DNA of 62,830 nucleotides, filler included, from Alphaproteobacteria bacterium (GTDB lineage Bacteria; Pseudomonadota; Alphaproteobacteria; Caedimonadales; UBA9215): NCBI GenBank assembly GCA_024280495.1. It is 5 parts of 5 records of this genome, joined end to end, with 100 filler letters (N's around TTAATTAATTAA, not from the genome) between each part and the next. Parts side by side here need not be neighbours in the genome. Positions count along the whole stretch, not along the records: positions 54,228 to 62,830 come from JAJRPZ010000016.1; 4 more parts are not named here. One strand, 5' to 3'. Shown piece by piece: positions 61,198 to 62,830 of this stretch (position 1 is its first letter; each line of letters starts with the position of its first letter). The notes under the pieces were generated by a model. It saw only the letters and a program-made list of their open reading frames with translations, ran no database searches and was not told where the DNA came from. The position numbers and the translations under genes were made by a program.

Positions 61198-62830
61198 TTA
61201 TACACCAAATTTGTTATTCCTTGGAAATCCAATTGGAGGTTGCTTGCCAATTTGGCCTCGTCTACCAAGCCAGGGAAGAAGACTATTTTCCGTGCGAATA
61301 CGGTCACCTAATTTCCAACTGAGGCCGTTCTCGAGCTTGAAGGTTACGAGGTCTGATAAAGCTCCTTCCCGATATTTTTGAAGAATGACGCCACGACCGC
61401 GGTTCATTTCTGGGACCTCTTTTAATTTATAAGCAACCAGTTTACGATTATTACCAACGGCGGCAACATGATCATCATCGTCATTGATGAAGCGGCACAA
61501 AACGGCTTTTTTCTTGTCGGCCACATTGAGAATTTGTTTACCATTTTTAGTTTGCGCCACAACATTCTTAAGGGGAACAATGAATCCACGACCTTCGTTG
61601 GAAGCCACTATGGCACGTAAAGCAGCATCACGGATGGCATTGTAAACAAACATGGTCAAAATACTTGATCCATGGGGCATCTCGATGGAAAGTGAGAGGG
61701 GCTCGCCATGACCGCGTCCACCTGGGATTTTATCAATGGCAAGAGTGTAGAAACGACCTGTTGTGTCAAAAATAAGAAGTTTATATGTTGTTTCTGCAGG
61801 TAAAATAAATTGTCCTTCATCGCCTTCTTTGTATTTTAGATCATCTGTTTTTACGGCATGGCCCTTCAAGGCGCGTATCCATCCATTCTTAGAACACACA
61901 ATGGTGACGGGTTCTTTTTCAATGAGGGCCTCCATGGGCACGTCATCAATGTCGGGGGCATCTTCAAAAGTTGTGCGACGTTGGCCATTAGGATGTTTAA
62001 TACCATAGGTTTTCTTAAGGTCTTTGATGTCGTCTGAGATGTTTTTCCAGAGTTTTTCATCACTTGCCAGCATGTCTTGAAGATTTTTTTGTTCTTCTTC
62101 AAGTTGGGTGATTTCCTTTTGAATTTGCATTTCTTCGAGCTTACGCAAAGACCTAAGCTTCATATTCAAGATAGCTTCGGCTTGTAGGTCTGATAATTCA
62201 AAGGTTGTAATTAATTTAGATTTAGGTTCATCGTCAAAACGGATAATGCTAATGACTTTATCCACGTTTAAAAAGACAATCATAAAGCCGCGTAAAATCT
62301 CGAGACGCCGTGAAATTTCACCCAACCGATAATGAGAACGTCGACACAAGACGTCTTTTCGATGGTTTAAAAAGGCTTGAAGCACCTCGCGGATATTCAT
62401 AACTTTTGGAATGCGTCCATGATCCAAAACATTCATGTTGAGGCTAAAACGACTTTCCAACTCCGTTGCACGGAACAAAGATTCCATGAGTATTTCAGGT
62501 TCGATGGCGCGGGTCTTCGGCAGGATCACTAAGCGTACATCCGTTGTGGATTCATCTCGGACATCACCCAATAGGGGGAGTTTTTTTAAACTCCAGAGAT
62601 CAGCAATTTTTTCGACCAAACGAGATTTTTGAACCTGATAAGGAATTTCAGTGACAACGATTTGGTATTGACCATTCCCTAGTTTTTCGACGATGTAACG
62701 CGCACGCATTTTAATGCTGCCACGCCCTGACATGTAAGCTTTTTTAATATTTTCGAGAGGTTCAATAATAATACCGCCCGTTGGAAAATCAGGTCCTGGT
62801 ATTAAAGAACAAATGGTATCAAAAGAGGCA
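61198..62830 (-). CDS. parC: DNA topoisomerase IV subunit A (5' part outside window)
   Basis: GPDFPTGG upstream in frame, TEIPYQVQKSRLVEKIA, KKLPLLGDVRDES, QAEAILNMKLRSL, PGGRGHGEP. Confidence 0.93.
   Translation of the reverse strand, partial: ASFDTICSLIPGPDFPTGGIIIEPLENIKKAYMSGRGSIKMRARYIVEKLGNGQYQIVVTEIPYQVQKSRLVEKIADLWSLKKLPLLGDVRDESTTDVRLVILPKTRAIEPEILMESLFRATELESRFSLNMNVLDHGRIPKVMNIREVLQAFLNHRKDVLCRRSHYRLGEISRRLEILRGFMIVFLNVDKVISIIRFDDEPKSKLITTFELSDLQAEAILNMKLRSLRKLEEMQIQKEITQLEEEQKNLQDMLASDEKLWKNISDDIKDLKKTYGIKHPNGQRRTTFEDAPDIDDVPMEALIEKEPVTIVCSKNGWIRALKGHAVKTDDLKYKEGDEGQFILPAETTYKLLIFDTTGRFYTLAIDKIPGGRGHGEPLSLSIEMPHGSSILTMFVYNAIRDAALRAIVASNEGRGFIVPLKNVVAQTKNGKQILNVADKKKAVLCRFINDDDDHVAAVGNNRKLVAYKLKEVPEMNRGRGVILQKYREGALSDLVTFKLENGLSWKLGDRIRTENSLLPWLGRRGQIGKQPPIGFPRNNKFGV

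Overview
AT-rich alphaproteobacterial chromosome segment made of five contigs joined by 100-bp N-TTAATTAATTAA-N linkers (6733-6832, 15171-15270, 33416-33515, 54128-54227), so adjacency across linkers is not reliable. An ATP/ADP translocase (Tlc/NTT) together with flagellar genes (fliJ, flgA, flgH, fliX), a chemoreceptor, GspE/F-PilB/C, beta-oxidation and sucA suggests a motile, host-associated energy parasite (Holosporales/Rickettsiales-like; inference). Housekeeping blocks: mreBCD-mrdA, ffh-rpsP-rimM-trmD-rplS, ccmCDEF, rplM-rpsI, hisS-prfA-prmC, hslU, xth-erpA, dnaB, parC, tRNA-Val and tRNA-Gln. Accessory content: a complete bufferin-type MNIO RiPP cluster (DUF2282-DUF692-DUF2063-DoxX) between fadL and fadD, IS3/IS256/IS630 remnants, and three families of short palindromic repeats (one shares its terminal repeat with the IS630 remnant). 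There is also a set of orphan signal-peptide proteins with eukaryote-like motifs. The most striking is a small secreted protein ending in polyproline-WH2-central-acidic (a WASP/VCA-like actin module). Others carry tandem UIM-like repeats, a lipase fold lacking its catalytic Ser, a PI-PLC-like fold, or a duplicated unrecognised domain flanking a basic NLS-like stretch. A candidate sRNA follows dksA.
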